A DNA stretch of 64,000 bases from contig OZ024741.1 of NCBI GenBank assembly GCA_964016885.1, positions 372,000,001-372,064,000 of the forward strand. The letters run 5' to 3'. Position numbers and translations under genes: made by a program. This DNA is from Eledone cirrhosa (taxonomy: Eukaryota). Below the pieces are notes generated by a model. The model saw only the letters and a program-made list of their open reading frames with translations, searched no databases and was not told where the DNA came from. Each line of letters begins with the position of its first letter. The stretch's first letter is position 1. Of the stretch, positions 41,669-54,532 are shown one piece after another.

Positions 41669-43797
41669 GTCTAGAGTTTATCATTCCCTCCCACTTTCTC
41701 TTACTTTCACTATTTAATTATTTTCTCTTTCTAATTTCTTTTTATTTCAAACATTATATAACCTAATTGAAGTTTGTTAAATACATATTTTAAAACAATA
41801 AATAGCATAGTGTATTTCTCAATAACATTGTGGAAGTACTTTAAGTGTGAGGGCGACATTGAAAGGACAATTAGAAAAATGGCGATTCCGGGGGGTTTTT
41901 TCAGAGGACGAAGAAGTAGTCGAGAAATATATGTTATTCTTGTAGTTGTTATTGTTGCACTTTACTACTATTTTTGTGGTGGTGATGGTGATGGGGGGGG
42001 GGTTAATGCTGTTGATGTTGTCGTTATGGCGGCAGGTGGCCAGTTGGTAGACTGGTTAGCGTCAATCTCCCCGGAAACATTTTCATGTTAAACTTAACGA
42101 TGTCTTAAAGATGCAAAAAGTGATTTTGCTCCCCTCCCCTCTACGACACGTCATTCCTCCTCATGAAGGGCAAAACAAACAAGATAAAAAGCTACAAGAT
42201 ACAGAATTTAAGAAATGCATTTTGGTTAAAATTCACTCCAGGCGTCTAAAACATAATTTCCTTTGTTATTGACCAAGAGCGGTTTATATCAGTGTCTATA
42301 GAACAAATGAATAGGAAATATCTATCAACAAACAGCAGTATTCAACAATGAAAGTGTTACATAATAAAATAAAAAACTGCGAGAGAGAAAACTTTTAATA
42401 AAGGATTGGTGAGGTTAAATAATACTTTTTTAAATAGCGCTTCTCGTCAGTGATCGAAGGTCTTACGACCTATTTTGGTCACGAAGGGTTTTGTACCTGG
42501 AAAGTTCCCATCTAAGGCACAAGCCTGCGCGAGGTAGCTTTGTGGAAGACTAGCAGTCACCCATGCACGCCCCCTCTCTCCACGCCACCAATGTTGTCCA
42601 AAGAAAAGGCAAAGACCAATGGAACTTGGCACCAGTGACGTCGCAACTAAATGAACAGGAGCAACGTGAAATAAAGTGTCTTGTTTAAGGACACAACACC
42701 CGGTCCGGAAATCAAACTCACAACCTCATGACTATGAATCTAACACTCTTACCACAAATCCTTTACAACCATTAATAAGGGAAGGGGGAAGAAGGGGGAA
42801 CTCTACACTCTTAGCTGGACGCTATATCCCTGCTGCGAGAGTATTACCACAGAGAACAACCAGTGACAGCTAGTGACACTCGCTGCATCAGCCATTTCTC
42901 CTCTGGCAGGATGTATTCCTTGCGGACATTAAACTATTAATGATGTATGTATCTTGTGATGTTTTCGACAATGAATATTCATGTTGTCCAATCAATGCAA
43001 CTACATACTTCTAGCATTGTAGTGTATGTGGTAGAGTATTCTACATCATAATATAATGAAGGGAGGAGTGCGGGACTGTGTCCTGAATATATTTTTTTAC
43101 CCCGTATGTAAAATAAGTTGGATTACATTGAATAAATAATGAATGAATATTACATAATTTATGTACTAAATTTTGTAACTCTTGATTAAATATAAATAAT
43201 TTTATTTTTCTTATTTCAAGATTCACTTCTTTAAACATTTTCAAATACTTCCGGTTATGATATAATGGACGCTATATCACATCGCTTATATTTCCGTCGC
43301 TAATTTTCTCCTTTTTCGTTTGCATAAAATGTTGCCGTGATGCAGTTTATATATAATATCGTCTTTTTTAAATGTATCATGGATTACTTTACTGATTACA
43401 GAAGAGAGCGTAACACAGTCTCTCTTCAATGTCTGTGCATATTGTCAATTACGATTTTATTTGAGGTATCATATCTACATGCATATATATTTGCATCTAA
43501 TATCAATATGCACACTACACATGATAGCAGAAAACTACCCGAAAGGTGGTTTTTCTGCTAGTCCCCTTAATGTAATAGACAGGTAGGAACAGTGTGACAT
43601 TGTGTGACAAGGATGGTCTTTTGAAATTCAAGTACAGTTCATCCGACGAGTTTACATAGAATTTGCGTCAACCAAAGGCTTAAATCAACCCAAAACTATC
43701 ATACTAAATACGTTTCAGGGGGCATCAAACCGAATAGCTCATGATTGCGTAGCAGACTTGTTAACCAAACGACCATGCCTGTGCCAAATAAAATAAT

Positions 43798-43982
43798 TGT
43801 TTCTACTTTTGGCACAAGGCCAGCAATAACTCAGTGCATTACTGGTACTTTATTTTATCGACCCCGTAAGGATGAAAGGCAAAGTTAACCTTGGTGGGAT
43901 TTGAACTCAGAATGGCAAGGGCCGTAACTCTATGCGCCAAAGCATGGCGTCCGACCCTCTACCGATACTGCCAATCCACCAC
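43798..43982 (-). mobile_element. tRNA-derived SINE
   Basis: Full-length copy of the dominant family; AATAAAATAAT on both flanks. Confidence 0.85.
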
Positions 43983-44039
43983 TCTTGTCCCCAATAAAAT
44001 AATACAACTACCAATCCAAACATATTTTATTCTTTCGGG

Positions 44040-44223
44040 ATATGATGATGGCGGTGGTAGTGGTAATGCTGGTGGTGGTGATAGTAGTAGTGGTGATAGT
44101 AGTAGAGGTAGTGGTGGTGGTGATGGTAGTAGTAATAGTAGTAGTAGTAGTAGTGGTAGTAGTACTAATAGTAGTGGTGGTAATGGCGCTAGTGGTGGTA
44201 ATGGTGGTAGTGGTGGTGGTGGG

Positions 44224-44268
<45 letters not shown>

Positions 44269-44411
44269 ATAGTAGTAGTGGTAGTAATAGTAGTAGTAGT
44301 AGTAGTAGTGGTAGTAGTAGTAGTAGTGGTGGTCGTCGTCGTCGTTGTGATAGTTATAATAATAATGGTGGTGGTGATGGTGGTAATAGAAGTAGTGGGG
44401 TGGTGTTGGAG

Positions 44412-44479
<68 letters not shown>

Positions 44480-44580
44480 GGTAGTAGTAGTAGTGGTGGT
44501 GGTCGTCGTCGTCGTCGTGATAGTTATAATAATAATGGTGGTGGTGATGGTGGTAATAGAAGTAGTGGGGTGGTGTTGGA

Positions 44581-44636
<56 letters not shown>

Positions 44637-44718
44637 GAGGAGGAGGATGAGGAGGAGGAGAAGGAGGAGGAGGATGAGGAGGGGGGAGAAGGAGGAGAAG
44701 AAGGAGGGGGGGGGGGTA
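44040..44718. repeat. (GTA)n/(GTG)n/(GGA)n trinucleotide tract with internal ~175-bp duplication
   Basis: The block GTCGTCGTC...GATAGTTATAATAATAATGGTG...GGTGTTGGAGGT occurs twice (~44332, ~44502). Confidence 0.9.
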
Positions 44719-44719
44719 A

Positions 44720-45546
44720 TTTTAGACAAACTCCCAATCATTCCAAAAAGCAATAGGATTAATCAAATCCGAGCCTGTTTGAAAAAAATTGTCACTTTAG
44801 ACTTCTATCAAAGTTTTAAAGCTCGCTATAAACATGAGGGCATATCTTGGTGGAGACGAACAATCGGAGCAGTTCACCCAGTATCTATTAATGCTTGGGG
44901 ACGGAAGTCTTCCTATAGATAGCAAGGGAGCTATTGATATAAGTCCCATAGGCACGATGGGTGAATCATTATCCATCTCATAGAAAAAATGTTCCCTAGT
45001 CTTGAATATCAGTTCGCAAGTCAAAAGTGACTCAGTAAAAGGGCTATATTGGCCCCGAAAAATGTGACTGTGGAATTGGTAAATCAAAAGCTGTTAAAAC
45101 GAATTCTAAAGGTTTAGAAGCTCTATCGATCTGTCGACACTATGGTGGAACAGTCGGAATCAGTCAATTACCCGACAGAGTTCCTCAACTCTTTAAAATC
45201 ATCAGGAATGCCTCCACATGTCCTTCACTTTAAAGAATTCCTCGTGTTATTGAGGAATTTGAACCCACCAAGGCTATGCAACGGCAGTCATTTGGTTCTG
45301 AAAAATATGTAGCTACTCGTGATTCAAGCCACCATTTCAACAGGATGGGGTAGGGAAGAGAATGTGTTCGTTCCAATAATGCCTCTTAACCCCACTGATG
45401 TCCCATTTCAATTCAAATGAATTCAATTTTCAGTGAGTCTTAGTTTTGTTATGATCATCAACAAATCACAAGAACAAACATTTTCGGTTGCCGGTTTACA
45501 CCTTGAAGAGCCCTGCTTCGCCTATGGTCAGCTTTACGTTGGATGA
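44720..45546 (+). pseudogene. Helitron PIF1-family helicase relic
   Basis: LPIIPKSNRINQIRACLK...RAILAPKN...YPTEFLNSLKSSGMPPH...LLRNLNPPRLCNG...DVPFQFK*IQF...INKSQEQTF...GQLYVG, with stops and deletions. Confidence 0.88.
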
Positions 45547-45644
45547 CCTCATCAATTCAAGATGACCTATCATTCAGGAGGGTTATGGTCTGACAAGGAA
45601 TTAAACAAATTTTGAAATAAAGGCACACTACTATAGTAATTATT

Positions 45645-45830
45645 TGTTTCTACTTTTGGCACAAGGCCAGCAATTATCCCAGTGTATTTCTGGTACTTAA
45701 TTTTATCGAACCCGTAAGGATGAAAGGCAAAGTTAACCTCGGTAGGATTTGAATTCAGACCATAAATGGCCGTAACTCTATGCTGCAAAGCATGGCGTCC
45801 GACCCTCTACTGGTACTGCCAATCCACACC
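45645..45830 (-). mobile_element. tRNA-derived SINE with 15-bp TSD
   Basis: ACTATAGTAATTATT (45630-45644) versus ACTATAGTGATTATT (45835-45849). Confidence 0.85.
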
Positions 45831-45864
45831 GGCAACTATAGTGATTATTGCCAGGGCTATTCAG

Positions 45865-45939
<75 letters not shown>

Positions 45940-46014
45940 GGCAAACAGAAATAACAAAGCAAACGACACAGTTCAATGAAGAAATATATTATTATTTTTG
46001 CGCTTGATATAGTA

Positions 46015-47460
46015 GGAAAAGAGTCTTAACGTACCGGACGCTAGTCCTTCATCAGAAAATAGAATGAGAAATTAAAGAAGAAATAGAAAGATTGAGGAGT
46101 TAGGCAGGATGGAAACGGTAAAAAAAAATGTTAGAGAAAAATAACAGGTCCAGTCATGTTGTCATCTCTTAGAAAACTGTTAATGTTGGCGTTTTGTGTT
46201 CGATATACTTTTTTTTTAAAGGTGGTGATCGAGCGCGTCTATCTGAAAGGGAAAAAAATCTGTGTGCGTATACGTGTGTGTGTGTGTGTGTGTGTTTTTT
46301 ACGTCCGTATGAAGCAAGGAGATATATGTGTATATGTAAAAGAGTTTATGTGTGTGTGTATGTGTACAGAGCTGTGAAGGTTAATATAGAGGTGTGTGTG
46401 CGTTTTTTGTATAAACTGTAAGAGTGTATGTTTCTGACCATAACAGAGCCATAGGAATCTAGAGGGTGAATGTATGCGCGTATGTGCAACAACGGACGAG
46501 GTAAAGGTGACTGTGGAAAGGGGTAGAGAAGTAAGCACGAGCGTAAGTGTGTAAGATAAAAGAAGTTGGGGAGGGGAGTTGATTCCATTGGGAAAACTGA
46601 TCCCAAGGCGGAAAATCAGACTCTGCTCAGTCATGGTGCGTGAGACCTGTGATCTTTGATGTAAAAGAACACCAAGGATTGAGACATATAGGGAAGAGTG
46701 ACCTGTGGAACGGAAATGACGAGCCATGGTGGTATCGAAGCCGAGTTGTATGTCCCTCAAATATTTAGCAAAACGGTCCGCCAAACGGCGCCCTGTTTGT
46801 CCGATCTATAAGGACCCACAAAGGGAACACCAGAGGGCATCGACTACGTAGGTGGAGGTGCAGGTGAAAGAGTGGCGGTTGCGGAATGAACCATAGGTGC
46901 CTGTGAGAATGGTGAGGTTAGAAATGAAGGGACAGGTGTTACAGCGGAGACAAGGACAGGGACGAAAACCGGGTGGAGTCCTAGGATATGAAGGGATGGA
47001 ACTACGTACCAGGAGGTCGCAGAGATTACGGACGCGCTTAAAGGCAGTGATAGATGTGTTTGGAAAAAAGCGAGAAATGTCGGGGTCAGAAGAGAGGATG
47101 TGGCAGCAAAGAGGAGAGCTAGGGTAACGGTATGGTAGATAAGGGAGAAAGGAAGGTGAGTGTTGGAAGTGTGGTGTTTGGGTGAGAGGGCTGTAATACC
47201 ATCAGTTTCACGGGCACGGGTGAGGGAAGCTTGGATCAGGATGGGGGTATATCCACACTGGATGAAGCGGGAGGCCATGTGAAGGGACTGGGTTCCGAAA
47301 TCGTGGTCTTGGCTACAGAGCCAACTAAGACGGAGTAATTGGAATTAGGGTATGGAGAGTCTGGTGTGAGTGAGATGCGAGGAGGTGAAGTCGAGGTAAG
47401 AGTGGGAATCAGTGGGCTTATAGAATATGGAGGTAGAGAGTGTGTGGTGAGTGTAGTCAA
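46015..47460 (-). mobile_element. Penelope-like element 3' half plus pseudo-LTR with mutated hammerhead
   Basis: MASRFIQCGY, LADRFAKYLRDI...EQSLIFRLGISFPNGIN. Hammerhead remnant at 46024-46059 with GAAA mutated to GGTA. Confidence 0.85.
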
Positions 47461-47486
47461 TCGACAGAGGAGAGAGAAAGAGAGAG

Positions 47487-47717
<231 letters not shown>

Positions 47718-48025
47718 CTTATAACTTATCTATCTATTGTTGATTGTTTTCTAGGATTTAATTTGTCCATAGGTTAAAGAATATTCTCATAAAAATCTTG
47801 AGTAATTATTTCGTTTCCTTTATATATTTCTTGCTTTGTACATATTGTTGTTCACTTAATCTGTCAGAGAATAACTTGCAATATTTCAAACAGGTTCTTG
47901 AACTAAAATACTTAGACACCTCTATTCTCTATCTTTTTAGAAAGTACAAAACACATTTGTGTGAACCAAAAAGCTATCTTCAAACTTTCAAAAAGTATTT
48001 CTAAGAGGCTGAAAGAAAGAAGAAA

Positions 48026-48997
48026 ATGGATAAAGTGAACGTCAACATATGTATTAGTGAAATAGAAATGATAAATAATGAAGCATTGATTGCTTATCGG
48101 CCAGTAATCATGTATCTCATAGTCAACATGATACTTGGAACAATTGGAAATAGCTTTGTAATGTATATGTACTACTACAAATATGAGAGTACGGTAACAA
48201 ATATCTTCATTATAGCACATTCTCTGAGTAATTTTCTACTGTGTATATTAGGTATACCGTTGGAAATTCTAATTTTGAGTTACCCTTATACGTTTCACAG
48301 TGATTTTGGATGCAGATCTGCCAGGTTTACTGTGACTGTATTAATACTCCATTCATCCTTGATGCTTTTCATTATAACAGCCAATAGATACATGCGTGAA
48401 TGTGAATCCTTTCAACAACAACTTTCCTTTAAAAGTTCTAAAAAATTGTTAGCATATATATTTATTTGGTCCATCATTTTAGGTTTACCAACATATTTTG
48501 TGTACGGCATACAGTTTAGAGGTATAGACGGGTGTGAAAATTTGGGACAAACGTGTTTCTTTTCCGACAGTTTAAATGATACAATCTACGCTGTAGTATA
48601 CTATTGTTCACTGTTGGGGATTGCCGCTTGCTTATTTTTTTACCACATAACACTCTACCTAGTTATTCGAAAACGTATTAAGGAAGAAGTTTTGGCAATG
48701 TTTATTTCACTTGAATCCCAATCTATTCGTAAGGAAGATGTGGAGAACTACCCAACGAAAATCAATACAACTATGTTCACCATCACTGCAATTTGGATGT
48801 TATGCGCTGCAATATATTTCATTTTACTGTTATTTAGGCTGTTTAAAAAAAATCCAAAACGCTATTCATTTCATAGTGACAGTTATAAAATACTAGCATT
48901 TAATTTTTATTTGGCCGCTTCTATTAGCCCATATGCTTACTCAATTTTCAGTCGACAGTTTCGTTACAAATTATTAACTGTTATTAAGTGTAAATAA
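48026..48997 (+). CDS. Single-exon class A (rhodopsin-like) GPCR, divergent orphan
   Basis: Intact 323-aa ORF with seven hydrophobic segments: TM1 GTIGN, TM2 NIFIIAHSLSNFLLCILGIP, TM3 Cys and ANRY, TM4 Trp/Pro, ECL2 Cys, TM7 SPYAY, helix 8 FSRQFR. Confidence 0.9.
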   Translation: MDKVNVNICISEIEMINNEALIAYRPVIMYLIVNMILGTIGNSFVMYMYYYKYESTVTNIFIIAHSLSNFLLCILGIPLEILILSYPYTFHSDFGCRSARFTVTVLILHSSLMLFIITANRYMRECESFQQQLSFKSSKKLLAYIFIWSIILGLPTYFVYGIQFRGIDGCENLGQTCFFSDSLNDTIYAVVYYCSLLGIAACLFFYHITLYLVIRKRIKEEVLAMFISLESQSIRKEDVENYPTKINTTMFTITAIWMLCAAIYFILLLFRLFKKNPKRYSFHSDSYKILAFNFYLAASISPYAYSIFSRQFRYKLLTVIKCK

Positions 48998-49050
48998 AGT
49001 ACCAGTAATAGACTGGGGTTATTGTTGGCCTTGTGCCAAAAGTAGAAACA
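48994..49050 (+). mobile_element. 5'-truncated SINE (57 bp) overlapping the GPCR stop codon
   Basis: ATAAAGTACCAGTAAT...GGCCTTGTGCCAAAAGTAGAAACA is the SINE 3' end. 14-bp TSD GTTATTAAGTGTAA at 48980-48993 and 49051-49064. Confidence 0.88.
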
Positions 49051-49286
49051 GTTATTAAGTGTAATAAATAAAATGTAGAATTTCTCGAAAGCATTTTTTT
49101 AATGTTCACATGTAATTATACTAGTCTAGTGATTTTTATTACATATATGTATATTCATAACAAACGTTATATTTTATTCTTTATTAGTTTTAGCAATTGT
49201 TCTGCAGTCATACTAGGACTCCATTTTCGAAGGTTTTAGTCATTAATGAAGGAGAAACAACGTGTCGTTTGGCATAAACGAACTTT

Positions 49287-52200
49287 GGCGATTATGAAAT
49301 CGTAGAGTGAATGAATATTTATTTATCTTTAACAAACTCCTAATTACAATTAACTGTGAATAGAATATAATAATAACAATAATATTAATAATGGTAAACA
49401 TACACATACACGTACAGCAGGTCCGAACACAGAGGAGTCGAACTTCCACTGCCATCGCCTTCATCTCTCTCGCCCTCAATATCTCTCATTATTATGAACA
49501 AATGGAGTCCCACGCACTGACCGCCCCACGGCCCTGGCGGACAGAATAAAGAAGGTGTTTCCCCGGAGGATGGTGAAGCAGATGCGCTGGAAGAGCCATT
49601 CCATATCGCGAGGCTCGCACCTGCGACTCGCCAGCTCAGCGCCTATGGTGGTAAGTAGGGGGGGTAGCCCTAGGGCCAAGGACACCAGAAGCCTCCACTG
49701 CTAGGGGCTCGACTGCAAACCTGTTGGAGAGCGACCGATACTTGGAGAGTTTACCCTCCTCAGCCCGAAGTGCAGCAAAACCTGGGTTAGTTGCAGACTG
49801 CACCAGGTTGTCGCTGGAGAATGTGTCGCTGCATGTGGCATCCCAGACGAGGTGTTTACCACTGTGGAACGGGAAGATGGTTATGCCGTCTGGCCTTTTG
49901 CCGTCCCCTCGGTCCAGCCCCACTGGCTCGAGCTGGGGAGGGGGGGAAGCATGCAGCATCCAAGCCATGCATTATGACCTCGTTGAGAGAATCATGGCAT
50001 GGAAGGCGGCCGACACTGTAGTGACAGGAAAATGGGTGGAGGTCGAAAGAGTATATGGTGGATCCGCCGCAACATTTGTGTGGCTCACAGATCCGGAGGT
50101 CGAGCCTCAGGGAAACCCCGACGCGCAAGCTATCATTGTCCAGCTGCGTGCCAGTAGAGAAGGAAGGTAAGGCATGGAGTCAGGCACCACTGTGGGGTTG
50201 CGAGGCCGCACGAAAACATGCAAGGCGGTGCTGGTCGAGCTGGCGCGCTAGCCTGTCCGAGGCCAGGCTGCACTGGATGGCATCCCAAATATTCTGGGGG
50301 GACTTGACGTCAACAGTGATAGAAAGAGAAGGGACGTCTACTGGGCTAAGTTCAAGCCGGTTCCACGTCTCGCAGGCAGCCTCGCGTTCCTCGATCACAG
50401 TAGGTTTCATTTTGTTTAGGAGAACCTTGTTGATGAGGACGCGGCATGAGATTACCGACGAAAGTAACGCCGGCAAAGATAGAGAGATCGGGGACCGGAG
50501 GCCAAGGCCACTGTTTCTAATGGGTAAGGTGGCCTGTTGCCATCCAAGGTCGTCAAACCTGACGTTGCATATCTCCTCAGCTGCCACTCGGATACAAGTA
50601 TCGAGGTCAGCAAGGACAGATGCGCGGCTGTAGCAAGGAGCGCTACGAAGAGTGTAGAGGAGCTTCGGCATGGCGAAGCAGTTCCTCAACAGGAAGAGGG
50701 CTAGGTGGGCGTCAATCAGGCTCAATCTGCTCGTGAGGATTTTGAGCTGCTGGAGCCTAGACCTGATGGTGGAGTGGATTGCCGGTGGGTGAGGAGAATA
50801 GATCGCAAGTCCGAAATGGAGACTGCAAAGCTCTCTGTATCGTGGTTGGCTTTCACCACCTCCGACTTGGACAAATTGACATCGAGTCCGATTCTCGCCA
50901 AAACAGGAACTGCTGATTGTAAGTGGTGGCAGACAATCTCCACGGGCCCGCCCAACATGGCATTATCCAGGTACCAAACGTTGAGAGGGGCAGTGATACT
51001 CCAAGCAATGTGGTCTATACTAAGAGCAAAGAGAAGGAGGCCCAAAGGGTCACCCTATTGGACCCCAGTGGCTGAAGGTATGATCGTATCAGCAGCAAGG
51101 ATCATGTTTGGGGTTCCATATGACAGGTAGGCCAGCGGGTAGGCAGAGGGGACTTGGTTGTGGCAGGTCCGGAGCTGATAGTCACGGCGTAGGCAGTTAA
51201 CGGCATTCCTCATGTCAAGCTTGACAATGAAGTGCCTGGAATCCCTGTATGCCGATTCCGGTGGGCAGCTAGTGAAGAACTTCCTGGTTGCATGTACGGC
51301 ATCCTCACAGCCACCGGTCACGCCAACCCCTAGTTGTATCGGACTGAGCTCCTCGCCCAATTCAGGTGTGATGGACCTGCAGCCTCCGGAAGACAATGCC
51401 CACAGCGATGGGGCGTATGCCACCCTCTTTCTTCCTGAGAGTGGTCACGCTGGCCGAAAAAAAGACGCCTTGGGCGTGAAGGTCCAGGGCGCCATGGATA
51501 CACCTGTTAGTGAATGCCACAATTGCGCTCAGAAGGCGGCGCCATGCCTCAGTGGAGAGAGGGGTAACAACTCCTTGAGATGGCCAGGTCGGAGGCCATC
51601 AACTCCTCCGCTGCCGCTGGCTGAGAAGGACTTGATGGCAGACATAATATCTGCATGGGAAGCCTCAAAGAGCAGGTGAGGATCAGGTGGGGGTATGGGT
51701 CTGAGATTGGCGGGTGGCTTAGGGTGCTTGAGCCGCAGGGTAGCTAGGACCTCCTCGGTGGGGTGGAGGACAGTGTCGTCCGAAGCAACCACTCTGACTG
51801 CAGCCAAGACATCATCCTCGATTAGTTTAGCGTTTACGCGGTCGTGTAAAAGCTTTGTGCTGGCCTCGGGGGTAGAGGATTGAAGGCACCTGAGAGCAGA
51901 GAGTGTATTATCCTTGGGCATACTTGGGATGGGCGCTTGCCCAAAGGACGAAACATTGGCCTTGAGAAAAAAAGCTGCCGACAGGTCGCCTCGGTCAGCG
52001 CCAGGGTTGGGGAGGCCGAGGGCGAGTGGGCGAAATAGAAAAGCGCCCCCAGTAGCTGGCTCGATTAGAGTCCAGGGCCCTCTCGATTGAAGATGCGAGG
52101 GCTTCGGCTACTGGCACCTGGATTACTCAAGGGATCTTGAGCGGAATCTTCCGGAGCCGCCTGAGCCGAGCGATGGTAACCAGTGAGGCTTCAGCATCAG

Positions 52201-52583
52201 ACGAGCTCACTATTTCATCTGGTGGTGTAGTGAACGGTCGCGGCTGAGCAGACGATGGAAAGAGACAGTTGCTGCATCTCCACGCTACGAGGGCACTGGA
52301 GGCTCAACGCGTCAAGCCAACACAAGTGGTAGAAACAGCCGCACCCCGAACAGTTACGCCCCTCTTCCGCCTGTTCGTGGTGCTGCATGCGCTGCAGGTG
52401 TCGTCTAGTGGGGATGGAGGGCGTGCGCGGAGCCGGGGACTGGAGCGTTAAGCGGCATCAAGAGTGAGTGGCTAGTTGTTACCGGCCAGGGTGCTAGGCT
52501 TAACGGAATGTGGGTGGAAGGGAAAAAACGGAATCAAGGCAGGGTAATGGGTTTTAGTCGTTAATGAACAAGAAGAACAAGTT
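49287..52583 (-). mobile_element. Near full-length, frameshifted CRE-clade non-LTR retrotransposon (RT + restriction-like endonuclease)
   Basis: GGVDGLRPGHLK, PIQLGVGVTGGCEDAVH, KLDMRNAVN, TGVQ*GDPLG.LLFAL, WYLDN, LPIRNSGLGL and the RLE motif DGKRPDGITIFPF..GKHLVWDATC. Flanked by a direct repeat. Confidence 0.85.
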
Positions 52584-52888
52584 GTTTGGCATAAACGAAC
52601 TTTATGGTACACAGATGTTAATAACATATGGCTATGAAAAACCCCGCCAGTGCACACTGATTATATAATTACGAAAACTAAGAAAAAGAAGACAACGAAA
52701 TCGATAAAAGGGCTTTTTGAAGGGGGAAACCTTAAATTTTTTTTCCCCAAAATAAAAAGACAAACGAAAGAGACAAGAACTCCAAGGTCTTCAGCCATCA
52801 AGATGGACTTCTGGCAGTCTCGACCCCCTACTAACGGTACTGCTCATTCACCCGGGGTCACACAGCTGTCCGTGGAGTACTTAGAGTA

Positions 52889-52968
<80 letters not shown>

Positions 52969-53011
52969 CAATAATATTAATAAATGGAAACTATCTTTAT
53001 AAAACCATATT

Positions 53012-53072
53012 TATTTTATTATACATATTTCAAGGGTACCAAAATTTTGGTACGCCCTCATCAGATAAAATA
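53012..53072 (-). ncRNA. Type I hammerhead
   Basis: Reverse complement TATTTTAT-CTGATGA-GGGcGTACCAAAATTTTGGTACcCTT-GAAA-TATGTA-TA-ATAAAATA: 8-bp stem I, AUA triplet. Confidence 0.7.
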
Positions 53073-53159
53073 CAAAAGTTGTTTTACAGATAATATTGTT
53101 TACAGTAACATATTCAAACTAGAACTTAATGTTGTGAGTTTTATTTGAATACATATATG

Positions 53160-53191
<32 letters not shown>

Positions 53192-53210
53192 TATATACAC
53201 ACACACACAC

Positions 53211-53318
<108 letters not shown>

Positions 53319-53459
53319 AGGGTTGACGGACCCAGCATATCAATACCAGTACCGGTGGTATCTCAACACACTCAATGGGCAATGTAAGATACATTACCAG
53401 AGTATACACATAGTTATTTGCCTCAACACAACACACGTAAAACGGGTGCCTATAAGGTT

Positions 53460-53569
53460 CCCGGACTCGAGTTTCTGCAGTACTAATGCAGCAGTAAGGT
53501 GCACTGCACCATCTGTCTGCATATATTATGCAACAATGCACAATCGGCTTATGCTGCTTCATCAGCGGG
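53460..53569 (-). ncRNA. Type I hammerhead with ~80-nt stem II domain
   Basis: Reverse complement CCCG-CTGATGA-aGCAG...CTGCa-GAAA-CTCGAG-TC-CGGG: palindromic stem III ACTCGAGT, GUC triplet. A decayed homolog lies at 9465-9577 (+). Confidence 0.7.
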
Positions 53570-53868
53570 TATCGCCTAATCAATAACCAATCGATCGACA
53601 TAATCCAAACACCGGCCCACGCCGGTCATGACTGTTTGTGACAACCGACACGGTAAAGCGATTAACTGGCAACCGATAGGACTCTATCTCTCAACTAGCC
53701 ACTGATTTATAAATTTTACGTGGGGACGGGAAGCTAAAAAGAATCAATCTATTAGTTCCTGTCAGAAGGGCTCAGCCAACGTGTCTCACACACAAGTTAT
53801 TGTTTTGTCTTGTCTTACTTCACAGACAGCGCTTTGGCTTATGTCAGACGCTGTGACCCCGAGTGGAC

Positions 53869-53908
<40 letters not shown>

Positions 53909-53965
53909 TCAAGTAAGTATGTTTTGAAACAGTGAGCAGGTTTGAAATTAGAAAATAGAATAGCT

Positions 53966-54142
53966 TTCACCGTATTTTTGACTAAAGGAATTTTAGCCTG
54001 ATAATGGGGTTTAGAACCCTCAGATAAATGGAAAAAGATGAGTATTGACGTACGTGTACGTCAATACTCATCTTTTTCCATTTATCTGAGGGTTCTAAAC
54101 CCCATTATCAGGCTAAAATTCCTTTAGTCAAAAATACGGTGA

Positions 54143-54143
<1 letters not shown>
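53966..54143. repeat. Perfect 88-bp palindrome with 2-nt spacer
   Basis: 53966-54053 is the exact reverse complement of 54056-54143. Confidence 0.95.
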
Positions 54144-54173
<30 letters not shown>

Positions 54174-54185
54174 CGTGTGTGTATT

Positions 54186-54216
<31 letters not shown>

Positions 54217-54226
54217 ATACACACAC

Positions 54227-54292
<66 letters not shown>

Positions 54293-54532
54293 TGGTCCAC
54301 TCGGGGTCACAGCGTCTGACATAAGCCAAAGCGCTGTCTGTGAAGTAAAAGACAAGACAAAACAATAACTTATAACAATTAAGCCATAACAGGTACACAG
54401 AATTTTATGAGACAACTAGAAGCTTTTGTGATTTTTTATAGCAACGATAGTCTCGTGAAAAAGGAGGTAAAGAAAGCAAAAAGGAAAAATATATACATAT
54501 GTATTCGTAAGTGAATAACAATAGTATTATAA

